NCBI GenBank assembly: GCA_046290465.1
Contig: JBKAGP010000001.1
Coordinates: 3,136,001-3,200,000 of the forward strand
Reading direction: 5' to 3'
DNA length: 64,000 nucleotides
Source: Planctomycetota bacterium
GTDB taxonomy: Bacteria > Planctomycetota > UBA1135 > UBA2386
This document shows positions 42,781-52,411 of the stretch, one piece after another; the first letter of the stretch is position 1, and each line of letters begins with the position of its first letter. A program made the translations under genes and the position numbers. The notes beneath the pieces were generated by a model. The model had not been told where the DNA came from, did not search any database, and worked only from the letters and a program-made list of their open reading frames with translations.

Positions 42781-44571
42781 CTAGAACGTGCCGACCTTGA
42801 CGCGCACCGCGTTCGAACCGATCAGGTTGCCGAACACGTTGCCGCCGAGCAGCTGCGGCAGGTCGAACCAGAACGACTGCGCGTAGAGCTCGAAGCCGAC
42901 CAGCGCCGGGTTCTGCGGCACCGCGACCGGCAGCGTCGTGTTGGCGTTGTCGATCGGGAACAGCAGCGACGTCGTCACCGGCAGGTAGACGTTGGTGCCC
43001 GGAGCAGCACCCAGCGGATCGAGCGGGATCGCCGGCGTGAGGACCGCGTCGACGACGGTCGTGCCGATGCTCGGCGCGGCCGGGATGTTGCTCGTCTCGA
43101 GCGTGAACGAGGCGCCGACCAGCGGCGTGCCGACCACGTCGAGCGCGAGCGGGCTGACCTCCGGCAGGTTGCCGACGAAGTTGCCGGCAGCGCCGATCAG
43201 GCCGAGCGTCGTGAAATCGCCTTCGGTCACCGCCGGCGAGACGCCTTCCGGCGACCAGCCGATCAGCGAGTCGTCACCGCCGGCCTGCGTGCTGCCGCCG
43301 ACCGCGTCGATGCTCTCGTAGACGACGACGATGTTGCCGACCGCGAGGTCGATCTGCACCTGCACGGTGCTCGGGTTGGCGACGGTCGCCGGGTAGCTCT
43401 CGACGTTCTCCCACGTGATGTAGAGCGTCGGGTTCGGCTGCGCGGCGAGGTCTTCCTCGATCAGGATCTGGCCACTGCCCGGCTCGGCCGGGTTGAAGTC
43501 GTGGTACATCGGGAAGATCGTGAACTGGTCCTGGTCCATCGCGGCCTGCGGGTCGACCGGGACGAAGAACAGCGGATCGTTGGGGCCGGTGAACGAGATG
43601 TAGCCGTTCGAGTGCACCCAGATGTCCGTCGCGTTGGCGTTGCCGAACGCGGTCGGGTACGGGATCGGCAGGTTCGGGATGGTGAACTGGAACTCACCGT
43701 CGTCGACCGCCGGGACCACCGTCTCGTTGCCGCTCGTCGGACGGAACACCGGGTTGGTCGCTTCCGACACGATGTAGCCGACGGTCGTGTTGGTGAACTC
43801 GAGGCCGCGGCCCTGCAGCGTCGTGTTGACGTTCGGCGCGTCCTCGATCAGGTCGAACCACGACGCGACGTTGCCGGGCGTCGCCTGGCCGACGTCCTCG
43901 ACCTCGCCGCACGCGTGCGCGACCGGGCCGACGCTGTAGGTCACACCGAAGCCCGGCATCGTGCCGGCGTAGTTGACGCCGTTGAAGACGAAGGCACCGA
44001 GCGTGCCGCCCCAGGCGCCGGGCGCCGTGGTGCCGTTGCTGACCTCGATGTTGCCGTCGGTGAACGTGCCGGCCGGCGCCGGGTAGGTCGTGACGCCCCA
44101 GAACTCGTGGGCGACGCCGTTGTAGACGATGCCGAAGCCGTAGGTGCCGGGCGCGAGGAACGTGTCGGGCACGTTGACCGTGAAGGCCGACTGGCAGGTG
44201 GTCGACGCGATCGCGAAGCCGCCCGACGTGTACTGGCCCGTCGTCAGCAGCTGCCAACCACTCGGGTCACCGGACTGCGCCGGCGCCGCGGCCAGCGTCT
44301 CGGTGCCGACGTGCGTCGTGCCGTTGGTCTGGATCCAGAGCTCGATCGAGCCGACGGTGCCGACCGGCTCCTGGGTCGGGATCTCGAGGGCCTGGAGCGT
44401 GATGCCGGTGGCCGAGGCGACCGTCATGTCGAAGAAGTTCGCGCCGCCCGCGGCCGAGTAGGTCAGGCCGACGGCGCCCGGATCGAACGTCGGCGGGTCG
44501 ACGTTGAGGGTCTGCTGGGCGCTCAGGCCCGCGCACAGTGCCGTGGCGAGAACGGTGGAAGTGATTCTCAT
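42781..44571 (-). CDS. Secreted acidic beta-rich hypothetical protein
   Basis: Signal peptide MRITSTVLATALCAGLSA; IWVHSNGYISF..YHDFNP..YITWENV segment; very strong codon bias. Confidence 0.8.
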   Translation of the reverse strand: MRITSTVLATALCAGLSAQQTLNVDPPTFDPGAVGLTYSAAGGANFFDMTVASATGITLQALEIPTQEPVGTVGSIELWIQTNGTTHVGTETLAAAPAQSGDPSGWQLLTTGQYTSGGFAIASTTCQSAFTVNVPDTFLAPGTYGFGIVYNGVAHEFWGVTTYPAPAGTFTDGNIEVSNGTTAPGAWGGTLGAFVFNGVNYAGTMPGFGVTYSVGPVAHACGEVEDVGQATPGNVASWFDLIEDAPNVNTTLQGRGLEFTNTTVGYIVSEATNPVFRPTSGNETVVPAVDDGEFQFTIPNLPIPYPTAFGNANATDIWVHSNGYISFTGPNDPLFFVPVDPQAAMDQDQFTIFPMYHDFNPAEPGSGQILIEEDLAAQPNPTLYITWENVESYPATVANPSTVQVQIDLAVGNIVVVYESIDAVGGSTQAGGDDSLIGWSPEGVSPAVTEGDFTTLGLIGAAGNFVGNLPEVSPLALDVVGTPLVGASFTLETSNIPAAPSIGTTVVDAVLTPAIPLDPLGAAPGTNVYLPVTTSLLFPIDNANTTLPVAVPQNPALVGFELYAQSFWFDLPQLLGGNVFGNLIGSNAVRVKVGTF

Positions 44572-44763
44572 AGGTGATGAGGTGTTTGCAGGTAGCGCTG
44601 CCTGGGGTCTGGGGCAGCCGGACAAGCCGCCAGCATAGCGAACTTCTGCCGCACGTGTGCACCCGGGCAAGCCTCTGTGAAGGCCTACTCTCTGGCGCAA
44701 GCCTCTGCGGAAATGCGCCTTACGCGGTAACCGGGTCGGCGACCCGCGCACCTCTCCCCGGCG

Positions 44764-46494
44764 CTACTCGAGATCCAGGTTGACCAGCACCTTCTGCACG
44801 TCGAGCGTGCGCGGCGCCTCGAGCATGCGCGCGGCGATCCGGCGGCACTCGTCGACCGTGTAGCGCGCGAACACCTTGAGCATGCCGCGCAGCCGCACCG
44901 GCGCGACCGAGAAGCTGCGGTAGCCGACGCCGACGTAGAACGGCACCCGCTCCGGCTCGGCCGCGCTCTCGCCGAACAGCACGATCGGCTTCTTCTTGCG
45001 TTCGGCGTCCTTGGCCATGCGCGCCAGCGTCTCGAACACCGCCGGGTGCACCATCTCGTAGTAGTCGCGCACGCTGGCGTTGTCGCGGTCGGCCGCCAGC
45101 AGGTTGGCCTGCAGGTCGTCGATCGCGACCACCGCGAAGTCGCTCTCGTTGAGCAGCGCGCCGAGCGACATCGCCGCGGCCGGCACCTCGATGATCGGGC
45201 CGATCTTCAGGTTGGCCGCGCAGGCGATCTTCGCCTTCATCATGCTGACGCGCTCCTCGACGACGGCCGCCTTGACGCGCTGCATGTCGGCGATGCTGGT
45301 CACGAACGGCACCAGCACGGCCACGCCTTCGGTGTTGCACGAAGCGCGCAGGATCGCGCGCAGCTGCAGCCGCAGCACGTCCTGGTTGAGCAGCAGCCCG
45401 CGCACGCCCTTGCGCCCCATCGCCGGGTTGCGCTCCTGCTGCGCGGCGTCGACCTGCAGCGTCGCCGCCGCGACGTCGAGCAGGCGGAACGACACCGGCT
45501 TGCCCCGCTGGCCGTCGATGATCGCCTTGTAGCTGGCGGTCAGCTGGTCCTCGGTCGGACGCGCGTCGCTCGACAAGAACTGCAGCTCGGTGCGGTAGAC
45601 GCCGACGCCTTCCATCCCGAACGTCTGCACCAGGTCCGCCTCGCCCGGGCTGCCGCACGAGCCGAGGATGTGGATCGCCGCGCCGTCGCGCGTCTGGTGG
45701 GTCGTCGCGTCCGCCTGCGACGCCGCGCCGGCCTGGTTCTCCTTCCAGCGCTGCGCGTTGGCGGTCGCCTCGGCCAACGCCGTGTCGCTCGGCCCGGTCA
45801 CCAGTTCGCCCTCGGTCGCGTCGAGCACGACCAGGTCGCCGTTGCGCAGCTGCGCGGTCAGGTCGCGGATGCCGGTCAGCGTCGGGATGCCCATGCCGCG
45901 CGCGAGGATCGCCGCGTGCGAGCTCATGCCGCCCTCCTCGGCGACGATGCCCTCGACCTGTTCGTTGTCGAGGTTGAACATGTCGGCGGTCGTCAGCTTC
46001 CGGGCCGCGAGGATGTACGGCCCCTTGGGCGCGCCGCGGTCGTGCACCGCATCGCTCTCGAGGTTGCGCAGCAGGCGCGTGGCGACGTCGCGCAGGTCGC
46101 TGGCGCGTCGCCGCAGCAGGTCGCTCTCGACCAGCGAGAAGATCCGGTCGTACTTGGCAAACACCCCCTGCACCGCTTCGCGCGCGGACAGCCGTTCGTT
46201 GATGATCTGGGTCTCGATCTCGGTGACGAACATCGCGTCGCCGAGGTAGGCGAGGTGCGCGTCGAAGATGCGCAGCTCGGCCTCGCCGAGGCTCTCCGCC
46301 TGCTTCTGCTTGATCTCCTCGGTCTGCTTGCGGCTCTGCTCGAGCGCGTGCTGCAGCCGGTTGAGTTCGGACTCGACCTCGTCGGCGGCGATCCGTGGAC
46401 CGGCGCCCTGGCTCTCGAAGCCGCGCAGATAGACCTGCCCGACGGCGATGCCGGGCGAGACGCACTCTCCCCGTACCACCGTCACGAACGGCAC
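44764..46494 (-). CDS. PEP-protein phosphotransferase (PTS enzyme I)-like protein with degenerate PEP-binding domain
   Basis: SPGIAVG, IFDAH, R.SDLRDV, GGMSSHAAILARGMGIP (phospho-His), GVYRTE, IEVPAA. Confidence 0.88.
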   Translation of the reverse strand: MPFVTVVRGECVSPGIAVGQVYLRGFESQGAGPRIAADEVESELNRLQHALEQSRKQTEEIKQKQAESLGEAELRIFDAHLAYLGDAMFVTEIETQIINERLSAREAVQGVFAKYDRIFSLVESDLLRRRASDLRDVATRLLRNLESDAVHDRGAPKGPYILAARKLTTADMFNLDNEQVEGIVAEEGGMSSHAAILARGMGIPTLTGIRDLTAQLRNGDLVVLDATEGELVTGPSDTALAEATANAQRWKENQAGAASQADATTHQTRDGAAIHILGSCGSPGEADLVQTFGMEGVGVYRTELQFLSSDARPTEDQLTASYKAIIDGQRGKPVSFRLLDVAAATLQVDAAQQERNPAMGRKGVRGLLLNQDVLRLQLRAILRASCNTEGVAVLVPFVTSIADMQRVKAAVVEERVSMMKAKIACAANLKIGPIIEVPAAAMSLGALLNESDFAVVAIDDLQANLLAADRDNASVRDYYEMVHPAVFETLARMAKDAERKKKPIVLFGESAAEPERVPFYVGVGYRSFSVAPVRLRGMLKVFARYTVDECRRIAARMLEAPRTLDVQKVLVNLDLE

Positions 46495-46758
46495 CTCACG
46501 GGCGACTGCGGAACGAGACGGCGCGCAGATCGCGCGAGACGAGCCGATGACCGAAAATCCTGAAACATGCCTGCTGGGTTGCCGCGGACCGCTCGCGAGA
46601 CGAACCGCCGACGACAACGAAGCCTCGCTGCTCGCCCGGCGGGCGCCGAGACGGCGTCCGAGCGGCCAAAGGCTAGCGCGGGTGCCCCTCGCAGGGTAGA
46701 CATTGAGGTCCGCGCGGCAGCGTTCCGAGCCGCGATCCAGAGATCTCCCAACCCCTAG

Positions 46759-47628
46759 ATGGGCATTCATCCCACTGCGATCGTCGCTCCCGGCGCCCAA
46801 CTCGGCGACGATGTCGACATCGGCCCTTATTGCGTCATCGGTCCGCATGTACGGCTCGGAGCGCAGACCCGGCTGATCGCCCACGTGGTCGTCGACGGCG
46901 ACACGTGGGTCGGGGAGGAGTGTGAGCTGTATCCGTTCTGCTCGATCGGCACGACGCCGCAGGACAAGAAGCTCAAGTCGACGGGCGACCCGGCCCGGCT
47001 GCGCATCGGCTCGCACAACAAGATCCGCGAGCACGTGACGATCCACGGCGGCACGCCGTTCGGCGGCGGCACGACCACGGTCGGCGACCACAACATGCTG
47101 CTGGTCGGTGCCCACATCGGCCACGACGCGACCATCGGCAGCCACGTGGTGTTCACCAACGGTGCGATGGCCGCCGGCCACACCGAGATCGGCGACCGCG
47201 CGATCCTCGGCGCGATGGTCGGCATCCACCAGTTCGCACGCGTCGGCAAGCTGGCGATGGTCGGCGCCGGCGCGATGGTCTCCCACGACGCGCCGCCGTT
47301 CGCGATGATCCAGGGGGACCGCGCCAAGCTGGTCGCCGTCAACAAGGTCGGCCTGCACCGCAACGGCTACACGTCCGAACAGAAGGCTCTCGTCAAGCGC
47401 GTCTTCCGACTACTCTTCTGGCGTGCCGGCACCCTGCACCAACGCCTCGAATTCGTCCGCGGCAGCTCGCTGTTCCGCGACCCCATCTGCCGCGAGATCG
47501 TCGACTTCGTGGCGGACAGCAAGCGCGGCATCTGCAGCCCGCGCTCGGGCCTGCGCAACCATCCGAGCGGCGGCGATGGCCTCGGCGGTGACGGCCCAGG
47601 TGAGCAGGCCGACGCAGCGACGGCCTAG
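46759..47628 (+). CDS. lpxA: UDP-N-acetylglucosamine O-acyltransferase
   Basis: IHPTAIV, hexapeptide repeats, PQDKK, IREHVTIHGGT, HIGHD, AGH, IHQF.RVG. Confidence 0.95.
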   Translation: MGIHPTAIVAPGAQLGDDVDIGPYCVIGPHVRLGAQTRLIAHVVVDGDTWVGEECELYPFCSIGTTPQDKKLKSTGDPARLRIGSHNKIREHVTIHGGTPFGGGTTTVGDHNMLLVGAHIGHDATIGSHVVFTNGAMAAGHTEIGDRAILGAMVGIHQFARVGKLAMVGAGAMVSHDAPPFAMIQGDRAKLVAVNKVGLHRNGYTSEQKALVKRVFRLLFWRAGTLHQRLEFVRGSSLFRDPICREIVDFVADSKRGICSPRSGLRNHPSGGDGLGGDGPGEQADAATA

Positions 47629-49117
47629 CGCCCTGCTGCTGGCGGCGCTGCTGGCAGCCCTGCCGACGGCGGCAATCGCCGGGCAGCCGCAGCAGCCGAA
47701 GCAGCCCGCGGCGCAAGGTGACACGTCCGCCGGCAAGCGCCAACAAGCGCCGAACAAGCCGCCCGGTCCCAAGAACCGCAAGACCCGCACGTTCACCGCG
47801 CCCGACGGCAGCCGGTTCGTGCTGGTCCAGGACGACCAGCAGCGGCAGCTGCACTGGGCGCTGGCCTGCTGGACCGACGGCCGCGACGACCCGCCGGGCT
47901 TCGCCGGTCTGACCAGCGCGGCGGTCGAGGTATCGCTCAACGGCACGTGGACGACCGGCAGCGCCGACGCCGACGCCGAACGCGCGGCGCTGCGCGCGCT
48001 CGACCAGTCCTGGCAGGTCAAGATGGTCGACCCGAACAACGCCGAGAACAACGCGACCCTGCTGGCCCGCGACCAGGCCGCGGCCGACCTCGGCGACCCC
48101 CGCACGTTCCGGCGGGTGCTGGCCGCCACCCCGGCGTTCCGACCGGAGATCGTGCACCGCGACGGCGTCGCCGTGCTGGTGCTGACCACGATCGAACCGG
48201 CGCTGCCGGCCGTCGCCAGGCTGCTGGTCGAACGCCGCGAGCAACAGGCGCTGCGCGGACTGGCCCGCGCCTGGCTGCCGGACGTGATGGCGCGCGCGCA
48301 GCAGCACGCGCTGCACCCCGAACGGCGCATCCACGCCGAGCTGCTGGCGCTGACGATGCCGCTGTCGCCGGCCATCGCCGGGCTCGAGCCGCCGCCGATG
48401 ACCGCCCCCAAGCGCGCCGACGCGCTGGCGAGCTGGCAGCGGAGCCAGCACCCCACCCGCACCGCGCACGTGCTCTACGGCGCGTTCGACCTCGACCGTG
48501 CCGAACGGGTGCTGAAGGAGGCGTTCGCCGCGACCGCGCTGCCCCAGCCGGTGCAACGCCCGGCGGCGCCGCCGCGCCCGCTCGGGGCCCAGCGCCGTTC
48601 GATCGTGCCGGGCATGCCGACCGACTCGGTGTCGCTCGCCTGGCTGCTGCCGACGGACGTCGACCCGTGGACGCTGCGCGTCGCCGGGCACTGGCTGGCC
48701 GGCGACGGGCGCGGCACCATCCGCCACACGCTGCGCAAGAAGCGGCCGGACCTGCAGGTCGAGGTCGTGGCACCGTGGCCGACCGCCGGCAACCCGGCGC
48801 TGCTGCGCATCGACGTGCGCGACCCGGGACGGATCGAAGGGCTGGCCGCCGACGTGCTCGACGCCTGCCGACAGGCTGCGGCCCTGGAACTCGCCAACGG
48901 CAGCTACCACCGGGCCAACACCACCGCGCAGCGCGAGTGGACCCGGGCGACGAGCGACACCCGCGCCCTGACGACCCGGCTCGCCGAGCGGGTGCTGGCG
49001 CGGCCAGGCCTGCCGGTCTCGCCGAAGATGCCGCCGATGCAGAAGGGCGCCGAGATCCGGCGCGTGCTGGCCGCGACGTTCGCGTCGCAGCCGGCGATCG
49101 TGGAGGGCCACCGATGA
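47600..49117 (+). CDS. Secreted M16 peptidase-like protein lacking HxxEH
   Basis: Signal peptide; TFTAPDGSRFVLV..GRDDPPGFAGLTSAAVEVSLNGT aligns by eye with the M16 N-terminus; start inferred. Confidence 0.6.
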   Translation: MSRPTQRRPSALLLAALLAALPTAAIAGQPQQPKQPAAQGDTSAGKRQQAPNKPPGPKNRKTRTFTAPDGSRFVLVQDDQQRQLHWALACWTDGRDDPPGFAGLTSAAVEVSLNGTWTTGSADADAERAALRALDQSWQVKMVDPNNAENNATLLARDQAAADLGDPRTFRRVLAATPAFRPEIVHRDGVAVLVLTTIEPALPAVARLLVERREQQALRGLARAWLPDVMARAQQHALHPERRIHAELLALTMPLSPAIAGLEPPPMTAPKRADALASWQRSQHPTRTAHVLYGAFDLDRAERVLKEAFAATALPQPVQRPAAPPRPLGAQRRSIVPGMPTDSVSLAWLLPTDVDPWTLRVAGHWLAGDGRGTIRHTLRKKRPDLQVEVVAPWPTAGNPALLRIDVRDPGRIEGLAADVLDACRQAAALELANGSYHRANTTAQREWTRATSDTRALTTRLAERVLARPGLPVSPKMPPMQKGAEIRRVLAATFASQPAIVEGHR

Positions 49118-51219
49118 ACCGCACCCGCCGTCTCCATCCGGCCCGCTGCGCCCGCCTCGTGCTGCTCGCGGCGGCCGCGCTCGCCGCCTGCTCGACGCCG
49201 ACGCCGGCACCGCCGCCGGGCCCGAACGAAGGGCCGTTCGAGAACGGCCCGCCGCAGCCGCGCATCGCCGCCGACGACCGGAGCCAGATGCTGCCGTTGC
49301 CCAACGGCCTCGCGACCTACCTGCAGACCGGGCCTGTCGGCAGCCCGGCGCAGATCCAGTTCGGCGTGTTCGCGGGCTCGCTGTTCGTCTCGCCGGGGCT
49401 CGCAGAGCTGGCGGCTCAGACGCTGCTGCGCTCGACCGACCCCACCACCGGCACCAGGAGCCTCGAGCAGCGCATCCGCCAGCTCGGCGGCACCGTCGAC
49501 GTTCGCATCGGCCTGATGACGACCTGGTTCGACGTCCGGGTGCGCGCCGCCCAGACCAAGAAGGCGCTGCAGGCGCTGCGCGAGTCGCTGGAGACGGTGA
49601 CGCATTCACGCAGCCAGATCGAACGCATGCGCGACGAACTGGTCGCGCGGTGCACCGCCGAAGTGCTCGACGACCCCGTCGCGGCCACCACCCGCATGCT
49701 GCTGCAGGCCGAGCGCAGCACCGCCCGCCACATCGATCACCTGCTCGATCTCGATCCGAGCGAGGTGACGCTGTTCCACTCGCGCCTCTATCGGCCCGAA
49801 CGCTGCATCCTGACGCTGCGCACGCCGCGCCGGCTGGACCTCGCGCTCGCCGAAGTCACCGCCGGCGACGCGTCGATCGACAAGTGGGCGCCGCCGCCGG
49901 CCGTGCCCGGCGACAGCTCGCCGGTCGCACGCGCATTCGCACCCGGCCTCTACTGGGGCGAGCAGCAGCAGGCCAAGGGCACCACCTGCTCGATCGTGAT
50001 GCGGCTGCCCGATGCGACGACGCCGGGCGCGGCGGAGTGGCTGGTCATGCACTCGTGCCTGACGCTCGACGGCACCGGCGGCCGTTTGGAGCAGCTGCAG
50101 GACGAGGCCGGCCTGTCGCACCTTCGCTGGGAGTCCCGCGTCGAGCACACGCCCGACGTCACCGCGTTGGTGTTGACCACCGTTGCCCAACCGGCGGAGG
50201 TGACCAGCCTGTGGCGCGTCTACCAGCGCGCCCGGCAGTCGCTGCTGGCGGTGCCGCCGTCCCGATCCGAGCTGCAGCTCGCGCTGCGCCGCGCGCAGCT
50301 CAACGCCGGCCTGTCGACGCTGCGCGCCAGCGACCACCTGCGCCTCGACGCCAACCTCAAGATGCGCAACATCCGCGCCGACGCGCTCGAGGGCCGGCTC
50401 GCGGCGATGGCGGATCCGAGCACCTGGGAGCCGCAGCAGGCGGCCCGCACGTTCTTGGCGACGCCGGCGTGGATGGTCGCGGTCGGTCCGCAGCGGCCCG
50501 ACGACTTCGCCGCCATCGACGGCGCGATCGCGATCGACCTGCTGCCGGCCGGCTTCGATCCCAAGACGCAGAACCAGCCGACGCCAGAGAACCTCGCGAC
50601 CGTCGACCCGTGGCTGGTGCAAGCGCGCGCGGCGACCGGCGGCGAGGGCGCCTACGCCGTCATGAAGGGCTTCACGGCGCGCGCCCGCGTGACGTCGGCA
50701 CAGGGGCTCGCCGCCGACGACACCGTGGACTGGGCGATCGGCGGCGCGCTGACGCGCAGCCGCGCCCTGGTCGGCCAGACCATCACGACCACGCTCGCCG
50801 ATGACGGCGGCTTCGAAGAACTCGACGGGGTGCGCCAGTCGCTCACGGCCCGCGAGGTCCGGCTGCTGCGCCACGAGATGATGCGCCACCCGCAGATGCT
50901 GCTGGCGGCGCACCAACGCGGCGAACGGCGGTTCCGTCCCGTCGCGCAGCGCAAGCTCGGCGACCGCGAGTTCTACATCGTCGAGTCGGTCGGTGACGAG
51001 TTCGACCGCCTGCGCCTGCACATCGACGCCGAGTCGCAGCTGATCCGCGTGGTCGAGTCGTGGGAGCGGCTCGCCGACGACACGCTCGTGCACGTGCGCG
51101 AGGAGTGGAGCGACTACCACAACGCCGGCGGCCTGCGGGTCCCGCACCGCCGCCGCACGACCTGGAACGACGGCCAGCACCAGTCCGAGACGGTGTTCTC
51201 GGAGTGGGCGCCGAAGTAG
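49114..51219 (+). CDS. Lipoprotein with inactive M16-like domains and a C-terminal beta domain
   Basis: Lipobox LAAC; LPNGL..GS..PGLAEL; FHSRLYRPE; C-terminal SDYHNAGGLRVPHR; ATGA overlap with the previous gene. Confidence 0.65.
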   Translation: MNRTRRLHPARCARLVLLAAAALAACSTPTPAPPPGPNEGPFENGPPQPRIAADDRSQMLPLPNGLATYLQTGPVGSPAQIQFGVFAGSLFVSPGLAELAAQTLLRSTDPTTGTRSLEQRIRQLGGTVDVRIGLMTTWFDVRVRAAQTKKALQALRESLETVTHSRSQIERMRDELVARCTAEVLDDPVAATTRMLLQAERSTARHIDHLLDLDPSEVTLFHSRLYRPERCILTLRTPRRLDLALAEVTAGDASIDKWAPPPAVPGDSSPVARAFAPGLYWGEQQQAKGTTCSIVMRLPDATTPGAAEWLVMHSCLTLDGTGGRLEQLQDEAGLSHLRWESRVEHTPDVTALVLTTVAQPAEVTSLWRVYQRARQSLLAVPPSRSELQLALRRAQLNAGLSTLRASDHLRLDANLKMRNIRADALEGRLAAMADPSTWEPQQAARTFLATPAWMVAVGPQRPDDFAAIDGAIAIDLLPAGFDPKTQNQPTPENLATVDPWLVQARAATGGEGAYAVMKGFTARARVTSAQGLAADDTVDWAIGGALTRSRALVGQTITTTLADDGGFEELDGVRQSLTAREVRLLRHEMMRHPQMLLAAHQRGERRFRPVAQRKLGDREFYIVESVGDEFDRLRLHIDAESQLIRVVESWERLADDTLVHVREEWSDYHNAGGLRVPHRRRTTWNDGQHQSETVFSEWAPK

Positions 51220-51235
51220 CCGGCGGGCGCGCGGC

Positions 51236-52411
51236 TCAGCGGCGCGACGCGCCGAGGCGCAGCACCATGCCGAGGTAGAACATGTGCTCGCCGCGCACGT
51301 CCTCGTCGATGCGGATCGACGGGCGGTTCTCGTTGTCGATGTACGAGTAGTAGCCGTGGAGCGACAGCGACTCGCCGAAGTGGATGTAGGCCTCGGCACC
51401 ACCACCGATGAAGAAGTCGCTGCTCGAGCGGAAGCCGTCCTCGGTCGCGACCTTGGAGTACTGCACGTGCGCGAACGGCGTGATGCTCATCGAGTCGCCG
51501 ATCAGCCAGCGCAGGCGCAGCTGGCCGTCGGCCCACTGGTGGCCGATCGGACGGGTGCCCTCGAAGTTGTAGACGCGGTCCTTCTCGTCCTGGAAGCCAC
51601 CGGTGACGAACACCTCCCAGGTGACCAGGTCCGAGGCCGGGATGTACCACTCCAGGCGGCCGCGGGCGCGCCACACCGCGTCGGGCAGGCGCGTCGAGTT
51701 GAGCGCGGTGCCGAACGGCTGCGAGGCGTTGTTCCACTCACGTTCGCCGATCAGCGTCAGCACGAAGCCCTGCTGCGGCAGGCCGCGCCGCCGGTCCATC
51801 TGCACCGCGCGCTGCTCGATGTAGAGGCGGCCGCCGTAGGCGTCGTAGTCCTCCGGGATCGTGTAGGTGATCGAGGTCAGGTCCGAGCGCGAGAAGTCGT
51901 GCGCGCGGTAGTACGGGCCGAACTCGATGTAGAGGCCGTCCTGCGCCTCACGGCCGAAGCCGAGGTAGGCCTCGTAGTCCGAACCGTCGTAGAAGCCGTT
52001 CTGACGCAGCTCGTCGGCCTCGTAGAAACCGTCGCGATAGAACATCCACGGTCTCGCGTGGAACTCGAGCCGCGTCAGCGTGTCGTCGCCGATCAGCTTG
52101 CCGTCGGTGAAGCCCGCGAAGATGCCATCGCGCCCCGCGTACGCCTCGAGCGTGCCGCGCCGCGACCCGAACGACTCGTCGCGGTAGTAGACCTTGGCGT
52201 CCCAGCTGATGTCGCTCTCGAGGCCGCGCAGCGCGTTGCTGCTGTCGCGCCCCTCGGCGTGCGTGCCGATCGCGCCGAGCTCGATCTGGAAGATCGACGA
52301 GTACGGCTGCGCCGCGTTGCGCGCGTCGACCAGGTCCTGGAACGACTGGGCGCCGACGGACGCGCAGCAGAGAGCGAGGGCGCCGCAGGCCCGTGACAGG
52401 GGTTGGTTCAT
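51236..52411 (-). CDS. Probable outer-membrane beta-barrel protein
   Basis: Signal peptide; Y/F/G-rich alternating strands; terminal strand FYLGMVLRL. Confidence 0.65.
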   Translation of the reverse strand: MNQPLSRACGALALCCASVGAQSFQDLVDARNAAQPYSSIFQIELGAIGTHAEGRDSSNALRGLESDISWDAKVYYRDESFGSRRGTLEAYAGRDGIFAGFTDGKLIGDDTLTRLEFHARPWMFYRDGFYEADELRQNGFYDGSDYEAYLGFGREAQDGLYIEFGPYYRAHDFSRSDLTSITYTIPEDYDAYGGRLYIEQRAVQMDRRRGLPQQGFVLTLIGEREWNNASQPFGTALNSTRLPDAVWRARGRLEWYIPASDLVTWEVFVTGGFQDEKDRVYNFEGTRPIGHQWADGQLRLRWLIGDSMSITPFAHVQYSKVATEDGFRSSSDFFIGGGAEAYIHFGESLSLHGYYSYIDNENRPSIRIDEDVRGEHMFYLGMVLRLGASRR

